Both the position numbers and the translations under genes were made by a program. A DNA stretch of 27,484 bases from an uncultured Eubacteriales bacterium (GTDB lineage Bacteria; Bacillota; Clostridia; Oscillospirales; Acutalibacteraceae): the NCBI GenBank assembly GCA_900321665.1, contig ONWY01000001.1, positions 1-27,484 of the forward strand. Reading direction: 5' to 3'. The notes below the pieces were generated by a model. The model saw only the letters and a program-made list of their open reading frames with translations, did not search any database and was not told where the DNA came from. This document shows, piece after piece, positions 14,085 to 24,839 of the stretch (within the stretch, counting starts at the first letter, position 1; each line of letters begins with the position of its first letter).

Positions 14085-15553
14085 GGTTTTTGCCACTTTT
14101 TAATGATGTTTGCCGCCTCGTGTTTGCGCGCCAGCATGGTATCAAAGCCCGAAATGTATTCATAAGGGTATTTGTAGTTAAAAACGCGCGCGATTTGTCC
14201 GCTGCCTTTATCACTGAGCCTGGTGACCGCACCCGCACCTGCTCCAAAGACAGTTTGCACCTCTTCCATCATAAAAATATTGTATTCACATATTTTTCCG
14301 GGCTTTGCCCAACCGGTGTTTTCCAAATTACCGACCGATTTACTCTGGCGGTACATATAATACGGAATATAGCCGCTGCTTTCAAGCATTTCTCCTGCTT
14401 TTTGAATCATTTCATTGGTGATGGAAAGCACACTTCCCTTTTTCTCATCTCTGGTGATAAGAAAGGAGGAGCGCTTGAGCGCAAGCGTGTGCACCGTGAT
14501 GTTTTCCGCTTTCAAATCAATGGCGGTTTGTACCGATTGGAGAAAGCTCTCCACACACTCCCCCTCCAAGCCTGCAATCATATCGGTATTGATATTATCA
14601 AAGCCGAGCCGTCTTGCGATTTCATAAGCTTTGCAAACATCTGCACCGGTGTGGTTTCTGCCGATTGCTTTTAGTACCTCATCATTAAAGGATTGCGCAT
14701 TAATGGTGATGCGTGTAATCGGAGTGCTTTTTATAAAAGCGAGCATTTCCTCGCTCAGCGTATCGGGTCTGCCGGCTTCAAGTGTAAATTCGCTAACCTT
14801 AGAGGTATCAAAATCGGCATAAATTTCATCGATAAGAGCTTGCAGCATATCGGTGCTGAGCACGGTCGGTGTGCCGCCGCCGATGTAAACGGTTCTCAAG
14901 TGAAGCTTTAATTGCGCCGTCAGGATGGCGATTTCCCTAATTTCCTTGCAAAGGAGCTTCACATAGTCCGGAATCAGCTTTTTTAAGGATGCATAGGAAT
15001 GTGAAATAAAGGAGCAATATGCGCACCTGGAAGGGCAAAACGGCAAGGACACGTAGAGCGAAAATTCATCTGCTTCAGAAGAAGCCATGGTTGCCATTTC
15101 ATTGCGGCATACTTTTTGCACCAACTGCGCTTTTTGCGGCGAAATAAAAAGGCTATCTTCTAAATATTTTACGGCTTGCTGCTCGCTGTTATTCCTTAAA
15201 AGGTTAAAAAATATCTTGGTCGGTCGAACACCGGTTTGCATACCCCAAGGCGGTGTGTAGCCGGTGTGCTCGATTAACATGCGGTAAAGCATCTCGCAAG
15301 CTTTCAGCTCGCCTGCTTTATATAAATCCTCGCCGCTTAATGCAACGGTTTCGCTATTGTCATAATCCGCAAAATGAATTTGAGTTTTAATATCAATTGA
15401 GCTTTGGCTTTGCCGTGTTTCGCAGAGAATAAATTCACCTTTTTTTAAAGGTGAATTAAAAATCTTTTCTAACCGAATATCCGGCAAAAAAACGCGCACA
15501 AGCTGTTCAATTGCGTAGTGATAATCATTTCCGTTAATATATAAATGCATCAT
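14081..15553 (-). CDS. hemZ: radical SAM protein HemZ (coproporphyrinogen dehydrogenase-like)
   Basis: PPWGMQTGVRPTK, YVSLPFCPSRCAYCSF (CxxxCxxC), YIGGGTPT, EAGRPDT, PYYMYRQ. Confidence 0.93.
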   Translation of the reverse strand: MMHLYINGNDYHYAIEQLVRVFLPDIRLEKIFNSPLKKGEFILCETRQSQSSIDIKTQIHFADYDNSETVALSGEDLYKAGELKACEMLYRMLIEHTGYTPPWGMQTGVRPTKIFFNLLRNNSEQQAVKYLEDSLFISPQKAQLVQKVCRNEMATMASSEADEFSLYVSLPFCPSRCAYCSFISHSYASLKKLIPDYVKLLCKEIREIAILTAQLKLHLRTVYIGGGTPTVLSTDMLQALIDEIYADFDTSKVSEFTLEAGRPDTLSEEMLAFIKSTPITRITINAQSFNDEVLKAIGRNHTGADVCKAYEIARRLGFDNINTDMIAGLEGECVESFLQSVQTAIDLKAENITVHTLALKRSSFLITRDEKKGSVLSITNEMIQKAGEMLESSGYIPYYMYRQSKSVGNLENTGWAKPGKICEYNIFMMEEVQTVFGAGAGAVTRLSDKGSGQIARVFNYKYPYEYISGFDTMLARKHEAANIIKKWQKP

Positions 15554-16158
15554 CTGAAAAAACTGTTTACCCTTCTTTGAGTCGCTATATCCGTTACTCC
15601 CATATGACCGGGATAGAGCTGATAATCACCTAAAGCGGAGATTTTGGCAACACTTTTCATAATTTCAAAAAAGGAGCCGGTTGGCAAATCGGTTCTGCCG
15701 ATTGAGCCGTCAAACACGGTATCACCGCAAAACAAATGGTTTAGGTATAAATAACAAACACTGCCCGAGGTGTGCCCCGGAGTGGCAATCACTTGAATGG
15801 TTTGACCGCAAAATGGAATAGTATCGCCGTCGTTTACTAAAACCGCAGGCGCGGCAAAGCGCTCCCTTTCGCAAAAAACACCGCGAGAGCTTAATATATT
15901 TTGATAATCCGCTTCACTGATAACCACTTTTGCCAGCGGGTAGCGGGCGATAAAGCGCAATACATCTGCACAGTGGTCATAGTGACCATGGGTTAAGAGC
16001 AAATATTCGATTTGCAAGTCCTTGCTATCAATAAACTCAAAATATTTGTTTGAAATGCGGTCGCTGACATCCACACAAAAGGCTTTTTTACTTGCTTCGT
16101 CATAAACAATAAAGCAATTTGTGCCGATGGAACCTTCTTCAAAAAGCTTTATTTTCAT
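15550..16158 (-). CDS. MBL-fold metallo-hydrolase
   Basis: THGHYDH, TPGHT, GD, PGH motifs; usual position between dtd and hemZ. Confidence 0.92.
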   Translation of the reverse strand: MKIKLFEEGSIGTNCFIVYDEASKKAFCVDVSDRISNKYFEFIDSKDLQIEYLLLTHGHYDHCADVLRFIARYPLAKVVISEADYQNILSSRGVFCERERFAAPAVLVNDGDTIPFCGQTIQVIATPGHTSGSVCYLYLNHLFCGDTVFDGSIGRTDLPTGSFFEIMKSVAKISALGDYQLYPGHMGVTDIATQRRVNSFFR

Positions 16159-16613
16159 TTTTTGATTAAATCCTTTGAATCTAAAAGTATGGTAAACGGG
16201 CCGTTATTGATAAGGCTGACCTTCATATCGGCACCGAAAATTCCGGTTTGTACAGGTTTTTGCAAAAGCTGCTCCAAGCAGGAGTTGAAATATATGTACA
16301 GTGCGTTGGCTTCCTCGGGCGGTGCCGCGTGAATAAAGGAAGGTCGTCTGCCATGGGAGCAATCTGCCAAAAGTGTGAATTGAGAAACGCTTAAAATGTC
16401 GCCGCCGACATCTTGAAGGCTTAAGTTTGTTTTACCGGCGCTATCTTCAAAAATGCGCAGGTTGACAAGCTTATTTGCCAACACTTCGCAATCGGATTTA
16501 GTATCATTTTCTCCTACCCCAACCAATACCAAATATCCTTTTTCTATAGCGCCAACGGTTTGTTTATCAACCTCCACCTTGGCGATATCGACAATTTGAA
16601 TCACAAGTTTCAT
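16155..16613 (-). CDS. dtd: D-aminoacyl-tRNA deacylase
   Basis: SQFTL, GRRPSF, NxGP motifs; follows rel. Confidence 0.95.
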   Translation of the reverse strand: MKLVIQIVDIAKVEVDKQTVGAIEKGYLVLVGVGENDTKSDCEVLANKLVNLRIFEDSAGKTNLSLQDVGGDILSVSQFTLLADCSHGRRPSFIHAAPPEEANALYIYFNSCLEQLLQKPVQTGIFGADMKVSLINNGPFTILLDSKDLIKK

Positions 16614-16624
16614 CTGCTTCCCCT

Positions 16625-18829
16625 TTACATACTTGCTCTTTCAACACTGATAATATTATCGACCTTTTTCAATCTCGCAAGAAAGTTGTTTAAATGCTCG
16701 GTATTATCCACCACAATGCCTAAGGTGATAATGGAATTGCCGTTTTTAAGCACCCTTGCCTCGATATTGGAAATATTAATTTTTATCTCATAGCATGCCT
16801 TCATAATATCTGCCAAGAGGTTTTCCCTATCAATACAGAAAATACTCAATGTTGTGTTGAGATTAAATTTAATATCATCATCCCAATAGGCATTCAACCA
16901 CCTGCCGGGCTCTTCACTTTCGGCAATATCCCGCGGTACATTCATACAGTCTCTCTTGTGGATAGAAACACCGTGACCTCTTGTGATAAAGCCGATAATT
17001 CTGTCACCCGGCAACGGATTACAACACTTCGAGAGCTTAATTTGGCAATCGTCGAAGCCCTCTACAATGATGCCGTCTTTATTGGAAAGCGAGTGGCGGT
17101 TTGGTTGCGGCATTGCAGGCTTTGGCGGCAATGCATCGGAATCCTCCAAGACAAATTGTTTATACAGGTCTTTAATCGAGGGCATAATCCTGGAAACGGA
17201 AATGCCGCCGTAGCCGATTTTTGCATAAAGCTCATCCGCTGTATTGCACTTTTGGCGCGCCACTAAGCGATTGATAAACTCATCGTATTTATCATCACTT
17301 AAGCGGATATAATTGCGCTTAAATTCCTTTTCAAGCTCTGATTTTCCGGCAACAATGTTTTCCTCGCGCTTTTCCTTTTTAAACCAGGAGCGGATTTTAT
17401 TGCGCGCTTCGCTTGTTCTGACAATGTTCAGCCAATCTCTGCTCGGTCCTTTATCCTCCTGCTTTGTGGTGATAATATCGCAAATCTCACCGGTGTGCAG
17501 AATGTAATCGAGCGGCACCATTCTGCCGTTTACCTTGGCACCTGTCATTTTATGGCCGACTTGGGTGTGAATGGCATAGGCAAAATCTATAATTGTAGAA
17601 TTTTTTGGCAGTGTTTTCACATCGCCTTGCGGGGTAAATACAAAAACTTCTTCAAATTCCAAGTCACTTTTGACAGTGTAAAGAAATTCTTCCGGGGTTT
17701 CGCCGTCGGTTTGCTCATTTTGCTTGTCAACCATCTCATGTATCCAGGCAATTTTTTCATCAAATTTATCATCCTTACCCTTAACACCGGATTTATATTT
17801 CCAATGGGCGGCGATACCGTATTCCGCGGTGCGATGCATTTCCCAAGTTCTGATTTGTACCTCGAAGGGTATTCCCTCTTTGCCAATCACCGTAGAGTGC
17901 AAGGATTGGTACATATTCGGCTTCGGTGTTGCAATATAGTCTTTAAACCTGCCGGGAATCGGGCGGAACATATCGTGGATGACACCTAAGCAGTTGTAGC
18001 AATCATTGACCGAATCCACAATAATGCGCACGGCATAAATATCATAGATTTCATCAAAAGAGCGGTTTTGCATATACATTTTGCGGTAGATACCGGTCAC
18101 GGATTTAATTCTGCCGTCAATATGCGGGTTTTCCACGGTTTCCTTTAATCTTTCGGATATCTTGCGAATGATGGAAGGGATTAAATCCTTGCTGACAACG
18201 CTGTTTTGCGATAATCTGTTTTTGATTTCCTCGTAACCGACCGGGTCAAGGTGGCGAATTGCCAAATCCTCCAACTCTTCCTTGAGTGCGCGAATACCGA
18301 GGCGGTGCGCAATCGGCGCAAAGATTTCGAGCGTTTCCAATGCCTTTTCCCTGCGTTTGGCTTCATACATAAAATCAAGCGTGCGCATATTGTGCAAGCG
18401 GTCTGCGAGCTTGATGATGATAACACGCACATCCTCCGCCATGGCAAGGAGCATTTTGCGGATGTTTTCCGCTTGCTGCTCCACCTTGCTTTTGATATCT
18501 ACCTTGCCGAGCTTGGTCACGCCTTCCACTAAAAAGGCAACATCCTTGCCAAACTCCTTTTCGACATCCTCCTTGGTTTCATCGGTGTCTTCAATCACAT
18601 CGTGCAGCAAAGCGGCAACAATGCTTTGGGTATCTAAGCCGAGAGAAACAAGAATTTTCGCCACTTCAATCGGGTGAATTATATACGGCTCGCCGGAAAA
18701 GCGGGTTTGCCCCGCATGGAGCGCCTCCGCTTTTTTGTATGCTTTTATGATTAAATCTCTATCGTATGAATTGCTTTCATCTACCATTGAAAGCAATTCA
18801 TCAAAGCCGTTTCCAAATTGTTTGTCCAA
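16625..18829 (-). CDS. relA: bifunctional (p)ppGpp synthetase/hydrolase Rel
   Basis: HD hydrolase motif [21 protein letters not shown], synthetase RIKS/YQSLH/EVQIRT, TGS and ACT domains. Confidence 0.97.
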   Translation of the reverse strand: MDKQFGNGFDELLSMVDESNSYDRDLIIKAYKKAEALHAGQTRFSGEPYIIHPIEVAKILVSLGLDTQSIVAALLHDVIEDTDETKEDVEKEFGKDVAFLVEGVTKLGKVDIKSKVEQQAENIRKMLLAMAEDVRVIIIKLADRLHNMRTLDFMYEAKRREKALETLEIFAPIAHRLGIRALKEELEDLAIRHLDPVGYEEIKNRLSQNSVVSKDLIPSIIRKISERLKETVENPHIDGRIKSVTGIYRKMYMQNRSFDEIYDIYAVRIIVDSVNDCYNCLGVIHDMFRPIPGRFKDYIATPKPNMYQSLHSTVIGKEGIPFEVQIRTWEMHRTAEYGIAAHWKYKSGVKGKDDKFDEKIAWIHEMVDKQNEQTDGETPEEFLYTVKSDLEFEEVFVFTPQGDVKTLPKNSTIIDFAYAIHTQVGHKMTGAKVNGRMVPLDYILHTGEICDIITTKQEDKGPSRDWLNIVRTSEARNKIRSWFKKEKREENIVAGKSELEKEFKRNYIRLSDDKYDEFINRLVARQKCNTADELYAKIGYGGISVSRIMPSIKDLYKQFVLEDSDALPPKPAMPQPNRHSLSNKDGIIVEGFDDCQIKLSKCCNPLPGDRIIGFITRGHGVSIHKRDCMNVPRDIAESEEPGRWLNAYWDDDIKFNLNTTLSIFCIDRENLLADIMKACYEIKINISNIEARVLKNGNSIITLGIVVDNTEHLNNFLARLKKVDNIISVERASM

Positions 18830-18841
18830 AAAATATCACCT

Positions 18842-20887
18842 CTAAAGTGTTTCGCTTAATTGTAACATATGTTGAAATAGTGCAGAGTCCGGAATATTCA
18901 CTTTTGTCGGCTCAATCGGCAAATCGATTCTGCCTCTTTCGGTATCCTCAATGACCAAACCGAGCTCCTTCATAATTTCAAGCGACAGGCGCATTTGCGC
19001 ATAATTCATGATTACAGGCCTTAAATTCATATATAGCTCTTCAAGCGAGAATTTCCAGCCGTTATTATCGCGCAAAAAGCGATAAATTTGTGCAATGTGG
19101 TCGCGATTGGTTAAAATGTAATCTATCTCTTTACGATTGGTTTCGCGGCGCACAAAGTTTTCAAAAACACGCATACCGCTGACAATGTTATCATCCGAAA
19201 AGCCGCTATAGCGAATCGCTTTTAAAAAGAGCGAAACGGTTGTTTTACCGTAGTATTCATTTTTTTCGACACTCAGCGCCAAATCGACTGTATCCCCTTT
19301 TCGATACGGTACGGAGGTGGTGGAATAGCCGAAATATATCACGCTGAAGGTTGTGTTGTTTTTGGCAAGGGTAAGCTTGATGTGCTTGTTGCCGCTTATA
19401 GGAGAAATCATGATGATTTGTGCTTTAAATATACCGAAAATCGGTTTGGCATTTCCCATGCCGAAGGGCTGAAAGCGCTCAATGGCATACAAAGTATCCA
19501 AAGAAATGGAAGCGGGGTTGATTTTAAAATCAATATTGATTTCACCCGAGGGCATATAGCGAAACATTTTAGCGGCATAATCATTAATCAGCGCGCGAAA
19601 TTCCTCTACCCTCTCGCGTTTGACGGAAAGACCGGCAGCTAAAGTATGTCCGCCGAATTTTTCAAGGCAATCACAGCAGGCACTGAGTGCTTCAAAAATA
19701 TCAAAGCCCTTGATACTGCGGCAGGAGCCTTTTAAGACAGTTTCGCCGCTATCGGCAATGATAATGCACGGCTTGCCGAACTGCTCGCAAATTTTAGAGG
19801 CTACAATGCCGGAAATGCCACTGTTCCAGCCGGGCGCGCTCAGTACCAGCACTCTGTCCCTTGCATAGGATTCATCGGTAAGAATATCCAGCGCGTCCTC
19901 CAACATCTCGCTTTCAATGCGGATGCGCTGTGTATTGCACTCGTTAATTTCTTCTGCCAGGCGAATCGCTGTATCGGCATCCTCCGTAATCAACAGCTCT
20001 ACGGCTTTTGCAGCAGATGCAATTCTGCCGGAAGCATTGATACGCGGCGATAAAACAAATGCGATATCGCCGGAGTTTAACGCTTTATCGCCCACACCGG
20101 CAACACCTTTCAGTGCTGCAATCCCTAAGCGCTTGGTATTATTAATCAGCTCTAAGCCTTTTTTAATTAAAAATCTGTTTTCCCCGGTCACGGGAACAAT
20201 ATCGGCAATGGTACCGATACATATTAAATCCGCATATTCCTCGAGGATTTCTTCTTCGCCGCCGGCAATCGCGCATACAAGCTTAAATGCCACCCCGACA
20301 CCTGCCCAATCCTCGTATTCACACTCGCTGTCATTGCGGTGCGGATTGACAACCGCAACTGCATCCGGCAAAAGCGTGCCCTGCATATGGTGGTCGGTCA
20401 CGACAACATCTATCCCATGCTCGGCGGCAAAAGCAACCTCATCGAGAGCGCTGATGCCGTTGTCCACCGTGACAATTAAGGTGATTTGTCGCTCGATGAA
20501 TTTTTCAATTGCACCTTTACTTAATCCGTAGCCCTCAAGGTTGCGGTCCGGTACATAATAAATCACATCGGCATCGACGCTCTTTAAGTAGGAATACAAA
20601 AGTGCAGTAGCGGTGACACCGTCGCAATCGAAATCGCCGAAAATCGCAATTTTTTCATGCGTATCAATCGCTCTGCCGATGCGGTCAACCGCCAAATCCA
20701 TATCCGGGAGAGTAAACGGGTCTATATACTGATAATCGTCGCTGAAAAAAGTATGGATTTCCTCCGGGTCAGTCATCCCCCTTGCCGATAACAAAACGGC
20801 ACTGACCGCATCAATATCACAGGTATCCATCAACTCTTTTGCGGTTTGCTTATCATATTGTGAGATATTCCATCGCTTAAACGCCAA
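18842..20887 (-). CDS. recJ: single-stranded-DNA-specific exonuclease RecJ
   Basis: GDFDCDG, TVDNG, TDHH, GTIADIVP, PRINASGR, GGH (DHHA1). Confidence 0.96.
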   Translation of the reverse strand: MAFKRWNISQYDKQTAKELMDTCDIDAVSAVLLSARGMTDPEEIHTFFSDDYQYIDPFTLPDMDLAVDRIGRAIDTHEKIAIFGDFDCDGVTATALLYSYLKSVDADVIYYVPDRNLEGYGLSKGAIEKFIERQITLIVTVDNGISALDEVAFAAEHGIDVVVTDHHMQGTLLPDAVAVVNPHRNDSECEYEDWAGVGVAFKLVCAIAGGEEEILEEYADLICIGTIADIVPVTGENRFLIKKGLELINNTKRLGIAALKGVAGVGDKALNSGDIAFVLSPRINASGRIASAAKAVELLITEDADTAIRLAEEINECNTQRIRIESEMLEDALDILTDESYARDRVLVLSAPGWNSGISGIVASKICEQFGKPCIIIADSGETVLKGSCRSIKGFDIFEALSACCDCLEKFGGHTLAAGLSVKRERVEEFRALINDYAAKMFRYMPSGEINIDFKINPASISLDTLYAIERFQPFGMGNAKPIFGIFKAQIIMISPISGNKHIKLTLAKNNTTFSVIYFGYSTTSVPYRKGDTVDLALSVEKNEYYGKTTVSLFLKAIRYSGFSDDNIVSGMRVFENFVRRETNRKEIDYILTNRDHIAQIYRFLRDNNGWKFSLEELYMNLRPVIMNYAQMRLSLEIMKELGLVIEDTERGRIDLPIEPTKVNIPDSALFQHMLQLSETL

Positions 20888-20909
20888 TTGGTCTCACGCC
20901 TTCTTTCTT

Positions 20910-23900
20910 TTAAAACTCAAACAGGCTCACTTGGTTGGTATCGGGCAAGCCTTCCAATGCGCCAAATTCATCTAATGCAGCGATAACAGCGGTAGAAACA
21001 CCGCTTTTGGAGGCGAAATCCTCCTTGGAGATGAAAGATTCATCTCCCTGTTGTTGCACGGCATCATAGATTGCCTTTGCTGCATTGGTGCCGACACCGT
21101 CGAGCGCGGAAAACGGCAAGCGAAGCTTGTCGCCTTCTATTTTATAGACTCTCCAATCGGATTTATACAAATCCACAGGCAGGAAACCGAAGCCTCTGGC
21201 AAGCATTTCAACGACAATTTTCATAATATCGTACTGCGCTTGCTCTTTATCGCTCGCTTCCTTCCCCTTAGCAGTGATTTCCGCCATTCTCATTTTTACC
21301 GCCTGCATGCCTTTTGAAGCTGCTAAAGAGTCTATATCCTCACCGCGCACGGTAAAGAATGCGGAGTAAAAATGAATCGGGTAATAAATCTTATACCACG
21401 CTATGCGCAGCGCTGCGATAACATAGGCAGCAGCATGCGCCTTTGGGAACATGTATTTAATTTTATAGCACGAATCAATATACCATTGCTCTACACCGAT
21501 GGTTTTCATGGCATCCTCAAAGGGCGGCAGCATTTTCGGCGCCTTTCCCTTTCTGGTGTATTCCATAATACTGAAGCAATCCTTCTTGGAAAGGGGTGAT
21601 TTGGAGCCGGTGCGCTGCTCGTAGCTTTCGGCAACGTGAATGAGGTGCGTCATAATATCATCACGGCAGCCGATAACATCGGAAATGGTACAAATCTTAT
21701 TGTTGATTAAATCTTGCGCATTTCCCAACCACACATCCGTTCCGTGTGAAAGGCCGGAAATTTGCAGTAAATCCGCAAAGGTTTTGGGTTTAGCATCGGT
21801 CAGCATGCCGATGACAAAGGGGGTGCCCATTTCCGGGATACCCAAGGTGCCGGTCGGGCAAGAGATATCCTCCGGCGTCACACCAATCGGGTCGGTAGAA
21901 ACGATTAACTCATATAACTTCGGGTCGGATAAATCCGCATCCATCACCGGGATACCGGTGGAATCCTCAAGAAATTTGTAGATGGTCGGATTATCGTGAC
22001 CGAGCTCGTCTAATTTTAAAAGGGTGTCGTGAAGGGAGTTTTTGAAATCAAAGTGGGTTGTGTAGGTACCCTTCCTCTCATCATTGGAGGGAAACTGAAT
22101 CGGGGTGAAATCCTCCACCGTGTATTCACTCGGCACAACGACCATGCCGCCCGGGTGCTGCCCTGTGGTACGCTTAATACCGGTGCAGCCAATCGTTAAG
22201 CGGTCAATTTCCGCTTTTGGAGTTGACTCACCTACACCGTGCTCATCTAAGTACTTTTTCACATAGCCAAAGGCGGTTTTATCCTTAACCGTTGCCATTG
22301 TACCGGCTTTAAAGACAAATTCCTTGCCGAATATTTCTTCGGTATAGCGGTGAATTTCGCTTTGCACATCGCCGGAAAAATTCAAGTCAATATCGGGCTC
22401 TTTATCCCCGTCAAAGCCTAAAAAGGTTTCAAAGGGTATTTCGTGGCCGTCACGCTTCATGGGTTGCCCGCACTTTGGGCAATTTTTCGGTGGCAGGTCA
22501 AATCCGGAGCCGTATTCTCCATGGAGGAAAAACTCGGAGTGCTTGCAATTCTTGCAGTAGTAATGCGGCGGCAAGGGATTTACCTCGGAGATACTGCCGA
22601 AATGCGCCACCAAAGAGGAGCCGACAGACCCTCTTGAGCCGACTAAATAGCCTCTTCTTTCGCTTTCCGCGACCAGCTTTTTGGCGATGACATATAGCAC
22701 GGCATAGCCATGAGAAATGATAGAATCCAATTCTCTTTGCAGGCGAGAAGCAATGTGCTCGGGAACCGGGTCGCCGTAAAGCTCCTTGGCTTTTTCCCAA
22801 CAGCTATCGGTTAAAATCTGTTCCGCGCCGTCAATATGCGGCTGGAAGGTGCCGGGCGGAATGGGCGGAATGTTGTCTTGAATCATATCCGCAATTTTGC
22901 CGGGATTGTCTATGACAAATTCTTTTGCCCTGCTGCCTGCCCAGGCGAAATCATCGAGCATTTCATCGGTTGTTTGAAAATACAAAGGTGCTTGATTATC
23001 CGCATCCGTAAAGCCTTTTGAGTGCATTAAGATGGCTCTGAATTTTGCATCCTTTTCATCTAAAAAGTGCACATCGCCGGTGGCAACCACGAGCTTGCCG
23101 AGCTTATCCGCCAGCGCCACGAGCTTTTGGTTGATTTTAATTAAATCCGCCTCGCTGTTGATGTTTTTATGCAGTTCCCTATCGGAGCGAATCATAAAGG
23201 CATTATTGCCGTTGGGCTGCAGCTCAATGTAATCGTAAAAGGCAGCAAGCTCTTCAAGCGTTTCATCGCTTTCCCCGCGCAAAACCGCTTGGATTAATTC
23301 ACCCTGCTCGCAGGCGGAGCCGACCAAAATGCTATCTCGCTTTTGCGCTAAGAGCGATTTCGGTATCAGCGGCCTGTTTTTGAAGGTTTTTACGCTGGAG
23401 TGCGAAACAAGCTCGTAGAGGTTCTTTCTGCCGTATTTTCTGTTTTCTTTTGCTATCTCTTTATCAAGAGAGCTGTCTTCTTTAACAAGTAAAATGATGT
23501 GATGACGGCGAAACTCCTTTAATTTCATATTCATAAAGTCAGGATACAGGCTGTCATCAACTAAATAGCCTTCCATACCGAGGATAAGCTTGATACCGCA
23601 CTTTTTGGCTGCGGCATATGCCTCCGGCAAGGCTTGCACTACACCGTGGTCGGTAACGGCAATCGCTTTATGCCCCCAAGCCGCTGCGCGCTCGACAAGC
23701 TTTGTCGGTGCACTCATACCGTCCATTTCCGAAAAAGAGGTATGCAAGTGCAGCTCTACCCTCTTTTCGGCTGCCGTATCTTCCTTGATATACTTTTTGA
23801 CTGCACTGATGCAATAGGGCTCCAGCACATAGTTTTTATCATATTCATCATACTTTTGCTTGCCGACAACGAGCACGGTCTGCCCTTCATACAAATCCTT

Positions 23901-24833
23901 TCGGATTTTATTGGCAAGCGGTGCGTCTCTCATAATTTTCATTGTAAGAGACGAAGTATAGTCTGTGATTTCAATTTCTAAAATCACTTTTTTGGTGCGT
24001 GTTTCGCGCGAATCAATTTTAAAAATATCGCCCCAAACGGTGAATCTGCCGTCCTTCCCGACAATGTCTTTCATTGCGACAGGGTCTTCAAGCGGCATTT
24101 TTTTGCCAAATAATCTGACAGCACCTTCCGGATAAATCGGTGCGGTTTTTGACATTTCACCGATCGCTTTCACACTTTTTACATCATGCACCGCAATTTT
24201 AGTCACCAAATCATCTTCGCTGATAACCGCCATCACATCATCATTTAATTCCGGCGGTTGCTCTTTGTTTTCCGGCGGTGCCTGGTACTCTTCAATGGGC
24301 GGTATATCGTCGCTTATCGGCGGTTCCGGTTCCTCAATCGGTGTTTCATCCACCTTAATGCCGAGCTCAATGGGGTCAATTAATTTCACGCGGTATTTCA
24401 GTGAAAACTCCTCCTCGATAATCGTGGAGACAAGCGCGCAAAAGCCGTTTTCCTCTAAATACGCAATGTTATTATTAAGTGAGACAACTTCAATGGTGTT
24501 GCCATTAATGCGAGACATGGTTTTTTTTAAAAAGTTATTGAGTACAGGCTTTCTGAACTTTGCTTCCAAAACAACCTGCGAAAAATACTGCTCAATAAAG
24601 CTTTCCTTCGGGTAGTGCGGAATAATATGTACAGAATTGATGGAAAGCGTATTTTGAAGGTATTTCTGCGCATTAAAAATGTAGCTTTTGCGCATCAGAG
24701 TGCCGTATTCGGCATAAATTGTGACCGCCTTTAAAGCCTTGCTAACCTCAATGTGTGCAATTTCACCTTGTCCGACCTTTTGCAGCTCTTCCCCAACTTC
24801 ACCAACATAAAAATCGCAAATTCTTTTCATCAA
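20910..24833 (-). CDS. polC: DNA polymerase III PolC-type alpha subunit lacking the internal 3'-5' exonuclease domain
   Basis: OB fold, PHP (ELHLHT, TDHG), GSRGSVGSS, Zn finger CKNC..CPKC, PDIDLNFSG, TTGQHPGG, YMFPKAHAAAY; 1307 aa. Confidence 0.95.
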   Translation of the reverse strand: MMKRICDFYVGEVGEELQKVGQGEIAHIEVSKALKAVTIYAEYGTLMRKSYIFNAQKYLQNTLSINSVHIIPHYPKESFIEQYFSQVVLEAKFRKPVLNNFLKKTMSRINGNTIEVVSLNNNIAYLEENGFCALVSTIIEEEFSLKYRVKLIDPIELGIKVDETPIEEPEPPISDDIPPIEEYQAPPENKEQPPELNDDVMAVISEDDLVTKIAVHDVKSVKAIGEMSKTAPIYPEGAVRLFGKKMPLEDPVAMKDIVGKDGRFTVWGDIFKIDSRETRTKKVILEIEITDYTSSLTMKIMRDAPLANKIRKDLYEGQTVLVVGKQKYDEYDKNYVLEPYCISAVKKYIKEDTAAEKRVELHLHTSFSEMDGMSAPTKLVERAAAWGHKAIAVTDHGVVQALPEAYAAAKKCGIKLILGMEGYLVDDSLYPDFMNMKLKEFRRHHIILLVKEDSSLDKEIAKENRKYGRKNLYELVSHSSVKTFKNRPLIPKSLLAQKRDSILVGSACEQGELIQAVLRGESDETLEELAAFYDYIELQPNGNNAFMIRSDRELHKNINSEADLIKINQKLVALADKLGKLVVATGDVHFLDEKDAKFRAILMHSKGFTDADNQAPLYFQTTDEMLDDFAWAGSRAKEFVIDNPGKIADMIQDNIPPIPPGTFQPHIDGAEQILTDSCWEKAKELYGDPVPEHIASRLQRELDSIISHGYAVLYVIAKKLVAESERRGYLVGSRGSVGSSLVAHFGSISEVNPLPPHYYCKNCKHSEFFLHGEYGSGFDLPPKNCPKCGQPMKRDGHEIPFETFLGFDGDKEPDIDLNFSGDVQSEIHRYTEEIFGKEFVFKAGTMATVKDKTAFGYVKKYLDEHGVGESTPKAEIDRLTIGCTGIKRTTGQHPGGMVVVPSEYTVEDFTPIQFPSNDERKGTYTTHFDFKNSLHDTLLKLDELGHDNPTIYKFLEDSTGIPVMDADLSDPKLYELIVSTDPIGVTPEDISCPTGTLGIPEMGTPFVIGMLTDAKPKTFADLLQISGLSHGTDVWLGNAQDLINNKICTISDVIGCRDDIMTHLIHVAESYEQRTGSKSPLSKKDCFSIMEYTRKGKAPKMLPPFEDAMKTIGVEQWYIDSCYKIKYMFPKAHAAAYVIAALRIAWYKIYYPIHFYSAFFTVRGEDIDSLAASKGMQAVKMRMAEITAKGKEASDKEQAQYDIMKIVVEMLARGFGFLPVDLYKSDWRVYKIEGDKLRLPFSALDGVGTNAAKAIYDAVQQQGDESFISKEDFASKSGVSTAVIAALDEFGALEGLPDTNQVSLFEF

Positions 24834-24839
24834 TACACC

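Noticed and set aside
14090-14674. 194-aa plus-strand ORF
   Set aside because: Antisense shadow of hemZ with no family features.
19917-20531. 204-aa plus-strand ORF (and the other short opposite-strand or alternate-frame ORFs in the track)
   Set aside because: They lie entirely within well-supported genes (here recJ) and have shadow-frame composition.
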